Assembly: GCA_005893165.1 (NCBI GenBank)
Contig: VBOR01000056.1
Coordinates: 1 to 47,390, forward strand
DNA length: 47,390 bases
Origin: Candidatus Eiseniibacteriota bacterium
Lineage (GTDB): Bacteria; Eisenbacteria; RBG-16-71-46; SZUA-252
Reading direction: 5' to 3'
The notes under the pieces are model-generated. The model was not told the DNA's origin. It saw nothing but the letters and a program-made list of their open reading frames with translations, and searched no databases. Numbering within the stretch: position 1 is the first letter of the stretch; each line of letters begins with the position of its first letter. Shown here piece after piece: positions 10,299 to 20,260 of this stretch. Position numbers and translations under genes: made by a program.

Positions 10299-13200
10299 TC
10301 AGCGCAGCAGCACCATCTTCCGCGCGAAGGTAGCGGGGCCGATCGCGGCGCGGTAGTAGTAAACACCCGAGGCGACTTCCCGGCCCGCGCGGTCGCGCCC
10401 GTCCCAGCGGAGCTCATAATAGCCGGGATCGAACGGCCGTGAAACCGGAGTCGCCACGAGCCTTCCGCGAACGTCGAAGATCCAGATCCTCACCGGCTGC
10501 GGGCCGGTTCCGGCGACCGTGAATCCGATCGAAGTGACCGGGTTGAAGGGGTTGGGCCGGTTCTGCGCGAGCGAGGAGCGTTTCGGCGCGACGGGCGCCG
10601 GAGGACCCCCGTCCCCGGGAAGCGTGTCGACCGAGGTGAGCACAGGGAAGGTCGCGTAACCGGTGTGCCAGTTGTCGTGACGGAACATCGGCCACACCAT
10701 CCCGCTCGCGAGGAAGGTGCCCGGATAGCGCCACGCGTAGACGCCACGGTCCCAACCCGCGAGCACGATGTCCACGGCGCCGTCACGGTCCAGATCCCAG
10801 ATCGCGGGAGTTCCTCGCGCCTCGGCCCCGATCTCGATCGGAAAGCCGCTCACCTGCGTGCCGTCCGCGTGGAACGCGTGGAGTCTCCGGTCTTCCGCTC
10901 CGATCAGGATCTCGAGCGTTCCATTCCCGTCCAGATCCGCGACGGCGGCCGACGCCTCGGTCGCGGCGCCTAGAGTCAGGTTCGAGAATCCGGGGAGCAC
11001 GTTCCCCTGCGGGTCCCACGCCATCACGCGCCCGTCGGTTCCCACCGCGACCACGTCGAGTCACCTCGAGCCCGCCGCCGGGAATCAGGCTGCCCACCGC
11101 CGGGGAGGAGCTCGTGAGGCCGGACGCGAAGAAATCCCAGACGATGGAGGAGTCCGCGTGAATGGCGTACACGTGCCCCGAGGAGGTCCCGAACACGATC
11201 TCCCGAACGCCGTCCCCGTTCAGATCCGCGATCGCCGGGGAGGAGATCACGGAGCCTTGCGGGGTGAAAAGGACTCCGCTCGTTCCCCGCACGGGCGTTC
11301 CGTTCGCGTGCCAGGCGTAGAGCTTGTTCGTGTTCGAGCCGACCACGATGTCGGGCGCGCCGTCGCCGTCGATGTCCCCCACCGACGGAGCGGACCAGAA
11401 GGGCGCCGCCCCCTTGCGCGGCCATCCCGGGAACAGGGTCCCGTTCGCGCGCCAGACGGCCACGCTGGAGTCGTTCCACGAGGCCGCGATGATCTCGGGG
11501 ATACCGTCTCCGTCGAGGTCGGCCGCGGCCGGTGAGGACGGAATGTGATGGAGCAGCGTGCTGAAGATGCCGGTCGTGACCACGTCCTGGTCGCCGTTCA
11601 CCCAGTCGGTGCCGTTCGGCCGGAAGACGTACAGGTATTCGGCGCCGACGATCACCTCGGGTTTCTGGTCTCCGTCGAGGTCGGCGAGGCAAACCGAGGA
11701 AGACGTAGGCTCACCGACGAGGACCGGCCATCCCGCGAGCGCGGGCGGGCCGGTGCTCGCGATCAGCTCCGAGGACCCGGGGCCCTCGTTTCCACCCGAG
11801 TCGACCGCCGTCGCGGCGTAGCGGTACCGCGTCAACGGAGGAAGCCCCTGGTCCTCGAAGGAGGGAACGCGGCGCACGGGCACGGGGGTCAGGAGGGTGA
11901 GCGCGCTCCCGTCATCCGGCGCCCGGTACACCCGGTATCCGGCCACGTCGGACGCGGAGACCGCATCCCACCCGATCGTGATCCGATCGAAGCCCGGGAT
12001 CACCGTCCTGAGATTCGCGGGGGTCCCGGGCCTCACGGCGTCGACCGCGAAGCTCCAGGAATGGAAGTACGCGTCGTCCGCGCGCACCTGGAAGAGCGCC
12101 CCGGCCGGAACGGAGGACCCGGCGCGCACGCGAAGGGCGACCGTCGTTGCCGTGGATCCGGGCTGCAGGTCTCCCAGCGTCGCGGTGGAGTCGAGGATCG
12201 TGACCGCCGCGCCGGGGTTTCGCAGATGCACCGAGATTCCGCGCCCGAGCCCGCTTCCCTCGTCCGCGATCGTGAAGCGATAGCGGACGGTCTCGTTCGG
12301 GTCGAGAATTCCGTTTCCGTTTCCGCCCGCGGCGGGGCTGTCGTCGAAGCCGTTCGCAGCGAGAAGCAGGGACGCAGCCGAAACGGCGAGCGGCACGTCG
12401 GTCGTATCCGATCGCGCCGCGTCGGTCACGATGACACGGAGCCCCTCGGCGCGCGCGGTCCCAGGAATCGCGAGCGCGCGGACGCGCAGGCTGTCCGGGA
12501 GGACTCCCTCCGCCCCCGCGGCGAGCGCCGGGAGCCTGGCCACGCCCTGCGTCACCGAGAGCCCCGGCGTGAGCGCCAGCACGGCGATCGAGATCCCTCC
12601 CGAGGAGGCCGCGGTGCCTGCGTTCTTCACGCTGCCCGCGAGCGCGAAGGTCTCCCCCGCGTCGGCGACCCGGTCCCCATCCCCGCCGATGGAGTCGCGA
12701 ACCCCGAAGTTTCGAAGCGCGAAGTGCGCGGGAGCGTCCGCCGTCACGGTCAAGGAATCGAGGAACGGAAGATTTCCCGGCACCGTGACCGCGAAGGAGA
12801 ACTTCCCGGTGGATCCCGGATGGAACGGAACCGTCGCGTGTCCCGCGGCGTCGGTGAAGGCGACCCGGTACTCCTCACCCTGCTTCCACGCGACCACGAG
12901 CGCCGATTCCGCGGGAGCACCCGAGGCGAGCACCGTCACGCTGAAGCTGGGTGCGCTCAGCGCCACGCTCGAGGGCCTCGTGACCGCGAGCGCACCCGGG
13001 GCGCAGGACCAGATCGGAAGCGCGGGGCTGCCGAGCAGGATGGTCTCGAAATATCCCCATCGCTCCTGGGTCTCCGCCCGCGCCAGAGGCACGCGTCGCG
13101 CGTCGCCCCGACGTAGGCGAGGGCACCCCCGGACGGGTTTCGAACCACCTCCTCCCCGACGCACTCGTAGTCGGCGGCCGCGGAAGCGCAATTGGACGAG

Positions 13201-14147
13201 ATCCAGAGCCCCACCGAGTCCCCGTTGGCGAGGGTCGCGAGCTCGGAAAGACTGATCACCTGATTCCCGATGGAGAGCTGGGATCTCGCGCCGTGCCCGA
13301 TGTGGTGCACGATGCCGTACCCTCGCCCCAGCGCGCTCAGCGCGGCGGGCTTGGTGAGCGCGAGAGAGCCGGGGTATCTGGTGTAATTCTCGTAATAGCG
13401 ATCCACGGCCGTGCACGAGGGCGCCCGGACCTTGAGCGATTCCGCGGAGATGGCGCCGTCCACGGAGACGAGCTGCCCCGGCTGCCAGTCCGTCGGGAAC
13501 AGGACCTCGGCCAGGATGAGCTCCTTCGTCAGCGCCCCCGCGGCCGGGCTCGTCGCGTAGTGGATGGCTTTCGCGACCAGGACCTGAGCGTCGGCTCGGG
13601 TGGTGGCGGAAAGTCTCCCCACCGCGATGTCCGGATTCATGTCCAGACTGTCCCCCACCTCGCCGTAGATTCCGTTCCCGTTCCCGTCCCAGGTGCCGTC
13701 GAGGTCGGAGTAGTAGGCGTCGCTTGGAATGTCGGTCGTCTCCGAGAACAGGACCCGCGCGTAGCGCATCGGGATCGCCTCGTGATCCCCCGCGAGCACC
13801 GCCCATCGTGTGCCCCAGAGGTCGTGGGCCGCCTTGAGGAAGCTCCGGACCGCCTGCGCGACATCGTTGGATCGAGGATCGGCGGCGCGCACCGTCGAGA
13901 GGTTCCGGACCACGGTCGCGATTCCCACTCTCGTCTGGTAGTCCGCGAGCCGCTGATAGATGTCCGCGAGCGAGTCCGGAGTCACGATCACGCAATCCAC
14001 CGGAGATCCCAGACCGGAGGGCTGCACCGCCGGCAAGAAGGGGGCGGCGCGGCGCGGATCGGCCCTGGTGCGGTGCGTGCGGGGGGGCAGCTGGCCGCGG
14101 GCGGTGGACGCGGCGAAGGCGGTCAGGCCCACTGCGAGGAGGATCAC
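10299..14147 (-). CDS. Exported C25 (gingipain-like) cysteine peptidase with Ig/FN3 domains, FG-GAP repeats and FlgD-Ig/T9SS-like tail; frame broken near 13091 and 11061
   Basis: SDAYYSDLDG, PDIAVGRL, catalytic HIGHG and SSNCAS, ILLGSPALPIW, repeated ADLDGDG-EI motifs, tail LAQNRPNPFNP...RKMVLLR. Spread over three frames; start codon uncertain. Confidence 0.82.
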
Positions 14148-14257
14148 GAGCGCCCGGACAGGCTTGACGCAGCGCGAGAAGAAAGGCGAGTAAGTTACGT
14201 AGTTCGAGATGATTTGGTGCCTCGGCGGCGCCCCTGGAGTCTGCGCGGACTCCCCGC

Positions 14258-14286
14258 ATTATACCGCGTTCCGGCCCCGGCGGCAA
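14258..14286 (-). promoter_or_regulatory. Sigma70 promoter upstream of the C25 gene
   Basis: TTGCCG (14286-14281), 17 nt, TATAAT (14263-14258), followed by a GGAGTC/GACTCC hairpin. Confidence 0.7.
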
Positions 14287-14315
14287 TGCACGGGTCGGGG
14301 CACCGCCCCGAGCCA

Positions 14316-15893
14316 CTATCTTGCGTCGGAGCCGGCCGAGGCGACCCGCTGGCGCGTCTGGTCCACGACCTTCCAGTCGATCGCGTAGACGGAATAGTAG
14401 AAGCCGCCGGGACGCGTGATGCCGAGATTTTCGATCCGCCTCGCGAAGAGGAAGCGAAAGGGGGACGGCTCGTCCAGGGTCACCGCGAGCCGCCCTTCGA
14501 CAGGGTGACGGTCGATCAGATAGTCCGGCCTCCCCGCCGCCTCGAACAGACAGCGCCGGACGACCGCGTCGTAGCCTTCGCGCACCGTGATCGGGGCGAG
14601 CACGGGCGTGACGAGCCCGTAGAGGTCGAGGACCCGGCGCTCGGAGTAGTACCCGAAGGCCCCGATGTCGGCCACCGCGAACCAGGCGCGCGCCGGCGTC
14701 TTGTCCCGCGCCCAGATCCCGATGTCGATCAGCGAGGCACGCAAGCCGTGCGTGTGGGTCCGCGTGCTCGGCGCGCTCACGGACGCCGTAAACGCCGCGT
14801 TCTGGATCACGAACGCCGCGGAGAGAATTCCCAGCGCCGGCCCGTACCGTCTCGGGAAGCTCGTCGCGACCACCCACCGCAGTGACGCCATGCCCAGGAG
14901 GAGCACGCAGGGAGCCGCGGGCACCAGGTAGCGCGACACGACCTGCACCCCCTGGAGCGCGAGGGAGATCACGAGGAGCGCGGGCCACGCGACGCACGCG
15001 AGCCAGAAGATCCTCCTTCCACCCGCGGCGGGAAGCGCCGTGGACCTGCTTCCGAACGCGAGCACGAGGATGAAGAGCGCGATCGGAAGCGCGTCCGCGA
15101 CCAGCTCCACCTGAAACGCGGCGTGGAGGGCGCCGATCATCAGGCCGGGGTGGAGGTAGGCGCCCGCCTTGGCCGCGGCGGTGTTGGGTAGGAGCCTGTG
15201 AAACCAGCTCCATGCCGCGAGGAGCCAGGGCAACACGACGAGCGCGAATCCCCCGAGCGCCTCGAGCGCGCGTCGGGAAGGCCTCTCGGCGCCCGCACCC
15301 ACCGCGAGGAGCACGATTGCGGCGAAGAGCCAGCACTCGGGACGCGCGAGCACCGCGAACCCCAGCGCAAGCCCGGTCGTCCAGGCGGCGCGGCCCTGGA
15401 TGAGGACCCCCGCGAGCGCATAGAGCGCAAGCGCGACGCAAGCGGTCGCGAGCGGCGTCTCCATACCCGAAAGCGCCCATCGCACGACCCAGGTCTGGGC
15501 CGCGAGGAGCACCCCCAGCACGAGCGATGTCCACTCCCCCCAACCGAGCCGCCGTCCCAGCCGCACCAGGACCCAGACGGAGAGGAGATGGGCCACGAGG
15601 CCCAGGGTCTTGGCCACCCAGGCGAGGTCGGGCATGGACCAGGCGTCGGCGGGCGCCGCCACCTGGATGGGAAGCACCTTCCCCGCGAGCGCGAGGAGGA
15701 GCACCCAGAGCGGGCTCGTCGCGCCGTAGGTCGGCTCCCCATCGTTGAAGGAGAAGCCCTTCCCCTGGACGAGATGCTTCGCGAATTGGAAATGGATGAA
15801 GGTGTCGTCGGTGAGGTAGTGGAGAAAGGGCAGGAGCGCCGCCGAGGCGGCGAGGAGAAGCAAGAGGAGGAGCGCGCGGGGACGCGCGTTCAC
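14316..15893 (-). CDS. Polytopic GT-C fold glycosyltransferase (ArnT/PMT/AftB-like)
   Basis: DDTFIHFQFAKHL..NDGEPTYGATSPLW, SGMET, ARPE, DIGAFGYYS..VLDLYGLV; many transmembrane segments. Confidence 0.75.
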   Translation of the reverse strand: MNARPRALLLLLLLAASAALLPFLHYLTDDTFIHFQFAKHLVQGKGFSFNDGEPTYGATSPLWVLLLALAGKVLPIQVAAPADAWSMPDLAWVAKTLGLVAHLLSVWVLVRLGRRLGWGEWTSLVLGVLLAAQTWVVRWALSGMETPLATACVALALYALAGVLIQGRAAWTTGLALGFAVLARPECWLFAAIVLLAVGAGAERPSRRALEALGGFALVVLPWLLAAWSWFHRLLPNTAAAKAGAYLHPGLMIGALHAAFQVELVADALPIALFILVLAFGSRSTALPAAGGRRIFWLACVAWPALLVISLALQGVQVVSRYLVPAAPCVLLLGMASLRWVVATSFPRRYGPALGILSAAFVIQNAAFTASVSAPSTRTHTHGLRASLIDIGIWARDKTPARAWFAVADIGAFGYYSERRVLDLYGLVTPVLAPITVREGYDAVVRRCLFEAAGRPDYLIDRHPVEGRLAVTLDEPSPFRFLFARRIENLGITRPGGFYYSVYAIDWKVVDQTRQRVASAGSDAR

Positions 15894-15900
15894 GTACCGT

Positions 15901-17931
15901 TCATCCCCGCTCCAGCCAGCGCTGCACCTTCTCGGTCACGGCGGCGGGGGTGAACCCCAGCTTCTCGGCGATCACCGGCGCCGGGGCGGAGGCGCCGAAG
16001 CGATCCAGGCCGATCCAGAGACAATCCTCCCCCACCAGGTCGCACCAGGGCTCGATCCGCGACGCTTCGATCACGACGAGACGCGAGCCCTTGGGGATCA
16101 CCGAGTCGCGATAGCTCTCGGGCTGCGCGCGGAACGCCTCGAAGCAAGGCATCGAGACCAGGCGCGCGGGAACGCCGCCGGCCCGTAGAAGCGTCCGCGT
16201 CTCGCGCGCCAGCGAGACCTCGGATCCGGTGGCGAGGATCGTCAGCTCCGCCGCGGCGCCGTCGGAGTCCTCGAGCACGTAACCGCCCCGCCCGATCTCC
16301 CTGCGATCGAATCCGTCGCGTCGCGCGATGGCGGGCAGCTTCTGCCTCGTGAGCACGAGCGCGGTGGGCGCCTTGTCGCGCTGGATGGCGCGCGCCCAGG
16401 CCATGGCCGTCTCCAGACCGTCGGCGGGCCGCCAGACCTCGAGACCTGGAATGAGGCGCAGGGAGGGCAGATGCTCGATCGGCTGATGCGTCGGACCGTC
16501 CTCACCCAGGAACACACTGTCGTGCGTGAACACGTAGATGACGCGCACGCCCGAGAGCGAGGCGAGCCGGATGGAGGGGCGCAGGTAGTCGGAGAAGATG
16601 AGAAACGTTCCGACGTACGGAATGAAGGTGCCGTAGAGCGACATTCCGGTGCCGATGCTCGCCATCGCATGCTCGCGCACGCCGAAGTGGAGCACGCGCC
16701 CGGAGTAGTTCACGGGCGCGCCGCAGGTGAGTCCCGAAGGCACCACGTCCCCGCCCCCCTTGATCCCGGTCAGCGTCGAGGGCTCGAGATCCGCCGACCC
16801 TCCCACCAAGGACGGAACCGCGGCCGCCGCGGCCTGGAGCACCGCTCCCGAGTGCGCCCGCGTCGCGCCCTCCTGCGTGGGCGCGGCCCCGGCGAGAAGC
16901 TCGTCGAGATTCGCGGGGATCTTCCGCGTGAAATACGTATCCCAGATGGACGCCCCTTCGGGATTGTCGCGCCGGAACGCCGCGAAGCGCTCGTTCCATT
17001 CCGACCGCTGCCTGCGCTTCTCCTCGGCCAGCGCGTGGAAGTGCGCGCGCGCTTCCTCCGGAACATGGAAGGGGGGAGTGAGCGGCCAGCCCGCGGCCTG
17101 TTTCGCCGCGTTGAGCTCTTCCTGCCCCAGCGGCTCGCCGTGCGCCTTCGCCGTGCCCTGCTTCGTCGGCGCGCCCTTGGCGATGATGGTGCGTGCGACG
17201 ATCAGGGACGGCTGCGTCTCCTCGGCCACCGCGCGGAAGAGCGCCTGATCCACCTGGTCGCGATCGTTTCCGTCCACGGCCTCCACGTGCCAACCGTACG
17301 CATCGAACCGGCGTCCCACGTTCTCGCAGAACGCGAGCCCGGTCGGTCCCTCGATGGACACTCGATTGTCGTCATAGAGGTAGGTCAGATTCCCGAGGCT
17401 CCAGTGGCCCGCCAGCGAGGCGGCCTCGGAAGAAATCCCTTCCATCAGATCGCCGTCGCTCACGATTCCGAAGACGCGATGGTTCAGCAGATCGGCGTGG
17501 CGCTTGAGCCTCGCCTGCATCATGCGCTGCGCGAGCGCCATGCCGACCCCGTTCGCGAATCCTTGCCCCAGGGGACCGGTGGTGGCCTCCACGCCGGGCG
17601 TGTGGCCGTATTCGGGATGCCCCGGAGTCTTCGATCCCCACTGCCGGAATCGCTGGAGCTCATCCATCGGAAGGTCGAACTCGAACAGATGGAGGAGCGA
17701 ATAGAGGAGCATCGAGGCGTGCCCCGCCGAAAGAACGAAGCGATCGCGGTTCGGCCACCTGGGATCGCCTGGATCGAACCGCATGTATTTCGCCCAGAGC
17801 ACGTAGGCCATGTCGGCCGCGCCCATGGGCGCCCCCGGATGCCCGGACTTCGCCTTCTCGACCGCGTCCGCCGACAGAAATTTGATCGTGTTGACGCAGA
17901 GCTGAGCCTGATCGACCGAGGTGGCGGGCAT
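15901..17931 (-). CDS. tkt: Transketolase
   Basis: SGHPGAPMG, TTGPLGQG, SDGDLMEG, THDSVFLGEDGPTHQP; GAGGAG RBS before ATG 17931. Confidence 0.97.
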   Translation of the reverse strand: MPATSVDQAQLCVNTIKFLSADAVEKAKSGHPGAPMGAADMAYVLWAKYMRFDPGDPRWPNRDRFVLSAGHASMLLYSLLHLFEFDLPMDELQRFRQWGSKTPGHPEYGHTPGVEATTGPLGQGFANGVGMALAQRMMQARLKRHADLLNHRVFGIVSDGDLMEGISSEAASLAGHWSLGNLTYLYDDNRVSIEGPTGLAFCENVGRRFDAYGWHVEAVDGNDRDQVDQALFRAVAEETQPSLIVARTIIAKGAPTKQGTAKAHGEPLGQEELNAAKQAAGWPLTPPFHVPEEARAHFHALAEEKRRQRSEWNERFAAFRRDNPEGASIWDTYFTRKIPANLDELLAGAAPTQEGATRAHSGAVLQAAAAAVPSLVGGSADLEPSTLTGIKGGGDVVPSGLTCGAPVNYSGRVLHFGVREHAMASIGTGMSLYGTFIPYVGTFLIFSDYLRPSIRLASLSGVRVIYVFTHDSVFLGEDGPTHQPIEHLPSLRLIPGLEVWRPADGLETAMAWARAIQRDKAPTALVLTRQKLPAIARRDGFDRREIGRGGYVLEDSDGAAAELTILATGSEVSLARETRTLLRAGGVPARLVSMPCFEAFRAQPESYRDSVIPKGSRLVVIEASRIEPWCDLVGEDCLWIGLDRFGASAPAPVIAEKLGFTPAAVTEKVQRWLERG

Positions 17932-18041
17932 GGGCTCCTCGTTGACCTGATTTCCGGAACCGGGGCGTGCGAGATCCGGTGTTACTATAGCCCGCGACAG
18001 GATGGGATGGCTACCACCCAAGACGGTCTTGGAGAGAACGC

Positions 18042-19517
18042 ATGACTTCACGGCTTCACCGTGTGCTCGCAATCCCGCTGCTCGTTGCATCGGTCCTCGC
18101 GGTCGCGGTCGCGGGATGCTCCACGAATCCCGCGACCGGCAAGCGGCAGATTTCCTTCGTCAGCACCAGCCAGGAAGCTGCGATGGGCCGCGAATCCGAT
18201 CCCGCGGTCATCGCGGAATACGGGCTCTACGGCGATTCGACGGTGCAGCGCTATGCGGACTCCGTCGGGCAGAGAGTCGCGTCCGTCTCGCACCTTCCGA
18301 CGCTCGGATGGCACTTCCGCGTCCTGGACTCCCCCGTCGTCAACGCGTTCGCGATCCCGGGAGGCTACATCTACATCACGCGAGGGATCCTGGCGTACCT
18401 GAACTCCGAGGCCCAGCTGGCGGGCGTCCTGGGCCACGAGTGCGGACACGTGACCGCGCGTCACAGCGCGCAGCAGATCACGCGCTCGCAGATCGCGGGC
18501 GTCGGACTCCTCGCGAGCGCCGTGTTCGTGGGCGCGCTTCGCCCTTACACCGGCCTCGCCCAGCAGGGACTGGGACTCCTCTTCCTGAAATACAGCCGCG
18601 ACAACGAGACCCAGGCAGACGAGCTGGGGACCGGCTACGCCACCAAGGCGGACTACGACCCGCGCGTGATCCCCGAGACCTACTCCATGCTGAAGCGCGT
18701 CGGCGAGCGGTCGGGGGCCCAGCTCCCCGGCTTTCTCTCCACGCACCCGGATCCGGGCGACCGCGAGATCCGCACGAGCCAGCTCGCCCAGGCCGCGGTG
18801 GCGGGCGGGCGAAGAGACTTGCAGATCGAGGCGGCCCGGTATCGCCGCCACATCGAGGGGCTCGTGTACGGCGACGATCCGCGCGCGGGGTATTTCGTCG
18901 CGAATCGCTTCTACCACCCCGATCTCGGATTCGAGATGATCTTTCCCGACGGGTGGAAGACGCTCAATCAGCCCAGCTCGGTCGTCGCTTCGAACCAATC
19001 GCTCGGGGCTCTGATGGAGCTGACCCTCCAGTTTTCCAAAGACTCCACGGCGACGCCGGATCAGTTCGTCCGGTCGCTCCTCGATGAGAAGAAGATCCAG
19101 GACGCCTCGGGACGTTCGGAGAGCTTCCGCGATTTTCCGGCCTGGATGGGCCAGGTGCTCGCGTCGGGTGACGGAGGGAGGAAGACGCTGATCGCGGGAT
19201 TCGTTCGGATCCGGCCCGGTCAGTTCGTGCAGATGCTGGGACAGAGCCGCTCGGCCGGCGATGCCGCTTCGGAGCAGATCCTCGCCTCGATCCGGAGCCT
19301 CGCGATGCTCCGTGATCCGGAGAGGCGGAACGTGACCGCCGATCGCCTGCACGTGGTCGTCACGGACCGCGAGGGCACCTTCACCGATCTCGTCAGCCGC
19401 ATGGGACCTCAGGCGCTGAGCCTCGAGGAGACGGCCATCTTGAACAACATGCGCGCGACCGCGACGATCCCCGCCGGCACGCCGATCAAGATCGTGCAAA
19501 AGGGCCGCCACCCGTAG
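18042..19517 (+). CDS. M48 family metalloprotease lipoprotein (BepA/YfgC-like) with LysM-like C-terminus
   Basis: Lipobox AVAGC, STNPATGKRQ, NAFAIPGG, HECGH, YSRDNETQAD, FLSTHP. Confidence 0.9.
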   Translation: MTSRLHRVLAIPLLVASVLAVAVAGCSTNPATGKRQISFVSTSQEAAMGRESDPAVIAEYGLYGDSTVQRYADSVGQRVASVSHLPTLGWHFRVLDSPVVNAFAIPGGYIYITRGILAYLNSEAQLAGVLGHECGHVTARHSAQQITRSQIAGVGLLASAVFVGALRPYTGLAQQGLGLLFLKYSRDNETQADELGTGYATKADYDPRVIPETYSMLKRVGERSGAQLPGFLSTHPDPGDREIRTSQLAQAAVAGGRRDLQIEAARYRRHIEGLVYGDDPRAGYFVANRFYHPDLGFEMIFPDGWKTLNQPSSVVASNQSLGALMELTLQFSKDSTATPDQFVRSLLDEKKIQDASGRSESFRDFPAWMGQVLASGDGGRKTLIAGFVRIRPGQFVQMLGQSRSAGDAASEQILASIRSLAMLRDPERRNVTADRLHVVVTDREGTFTDLVSRMGPQALSLEETAILNNMRATATIPAGTPIKIVQKGRHP

Positions 19518-19554
19518 TCGAGCGCCCCGCGCTCCCGTCAACGTAGTTGAAGTG

Positions 19555-20151
19555 CTACACGTGCCGGACCAGGCCCCCGAGATGGATCAGTCCGGCACCG
19601 GCGAGCGCGAGCGCGCTATCCTTGGGTACACGGCCGAGCAACACGGCAAGCGCGAAGCGCGGCGGGCGGATCCCGATCATGCCCGCCACGAAGCAAATCG
19701 CGTCCGCGGGAGTGAACGGGAGCAGGAAGAGCGGAACGAGCGCGATCCAGCGCTTGCCTCCCACGCGTCTCTGAGCCCGCTCCACGTTCTCCTTGCCGAT
19801 CCACCGCCTCAGGAGCGGCAGCCCCGCCCGGCTCCCGATGAAGTACGCGGCGTTCGATCCTACCAGCGTTCCCCCCGCCGCAATGAGCACGCCTACAAAC
19901 GGCCCGTAGAGCGCCCCCGCGAGGATCGGCATGAAGACGCCAGGAATGGGCGCGATCAGGATCTGGGCAACCATGAGGGCGAAGAGGATGAACGGACCCC
20001 AGGCTCCGGCGCTCCGGAGAAACATTTCGACGCGGGGACGCGAGACGTGCGGCGCCGAAGCGATGGCGATCCATACCCCCAATACCAGCACGGCGGCGAC
20101 GACAAGGATCGGGATCCAGGGGGAGCGACGCTCGGGCTCGGCGCGTGACAT
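19555..20151 (-). CDS. TVP38/TMEM64 (VTT domain) membrane protein
   Basis: QILIAPIPG, GALYGPFVG, LLPFTPADAICFVAG, GRVP. Confidence 0.85.
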   Translation of the reverse strand: MSRAEPERRSPWIPILVVAAVLVLGVWIAIASAPHVSRPRVEMFLRSAGAWGPFILFALMVAQILIAPIPGVFMPILAGALYGPFVGVLIAAGGTLVGSNAAYFIGSRAGLPLLRRWIGKENVERAQRRVGGKRWIALVPLFLLPFTPADAICFVAGMIGIRPPRFALAVLLGRVPKDSALALAGAGLIHLGGLVRHV

Positions 20152-20260
20152 GAGCGGCAGAATGTAACCTCGCGCGCGCTGCGCCGAAACAGGTATTCTT
20201 GGCCGGAATGTGTGCTCGACGAGTCCGGCACGTCCGGCGATTCCCATGGAGCTTCACGTC

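Noticed and set aside
10783-15543. 1586-aa ORF as a single giant protein
   Set aside because: Only about 11061-13091 is real (middle of the C25 protein); the rest is off-frame over GT-C and C25.
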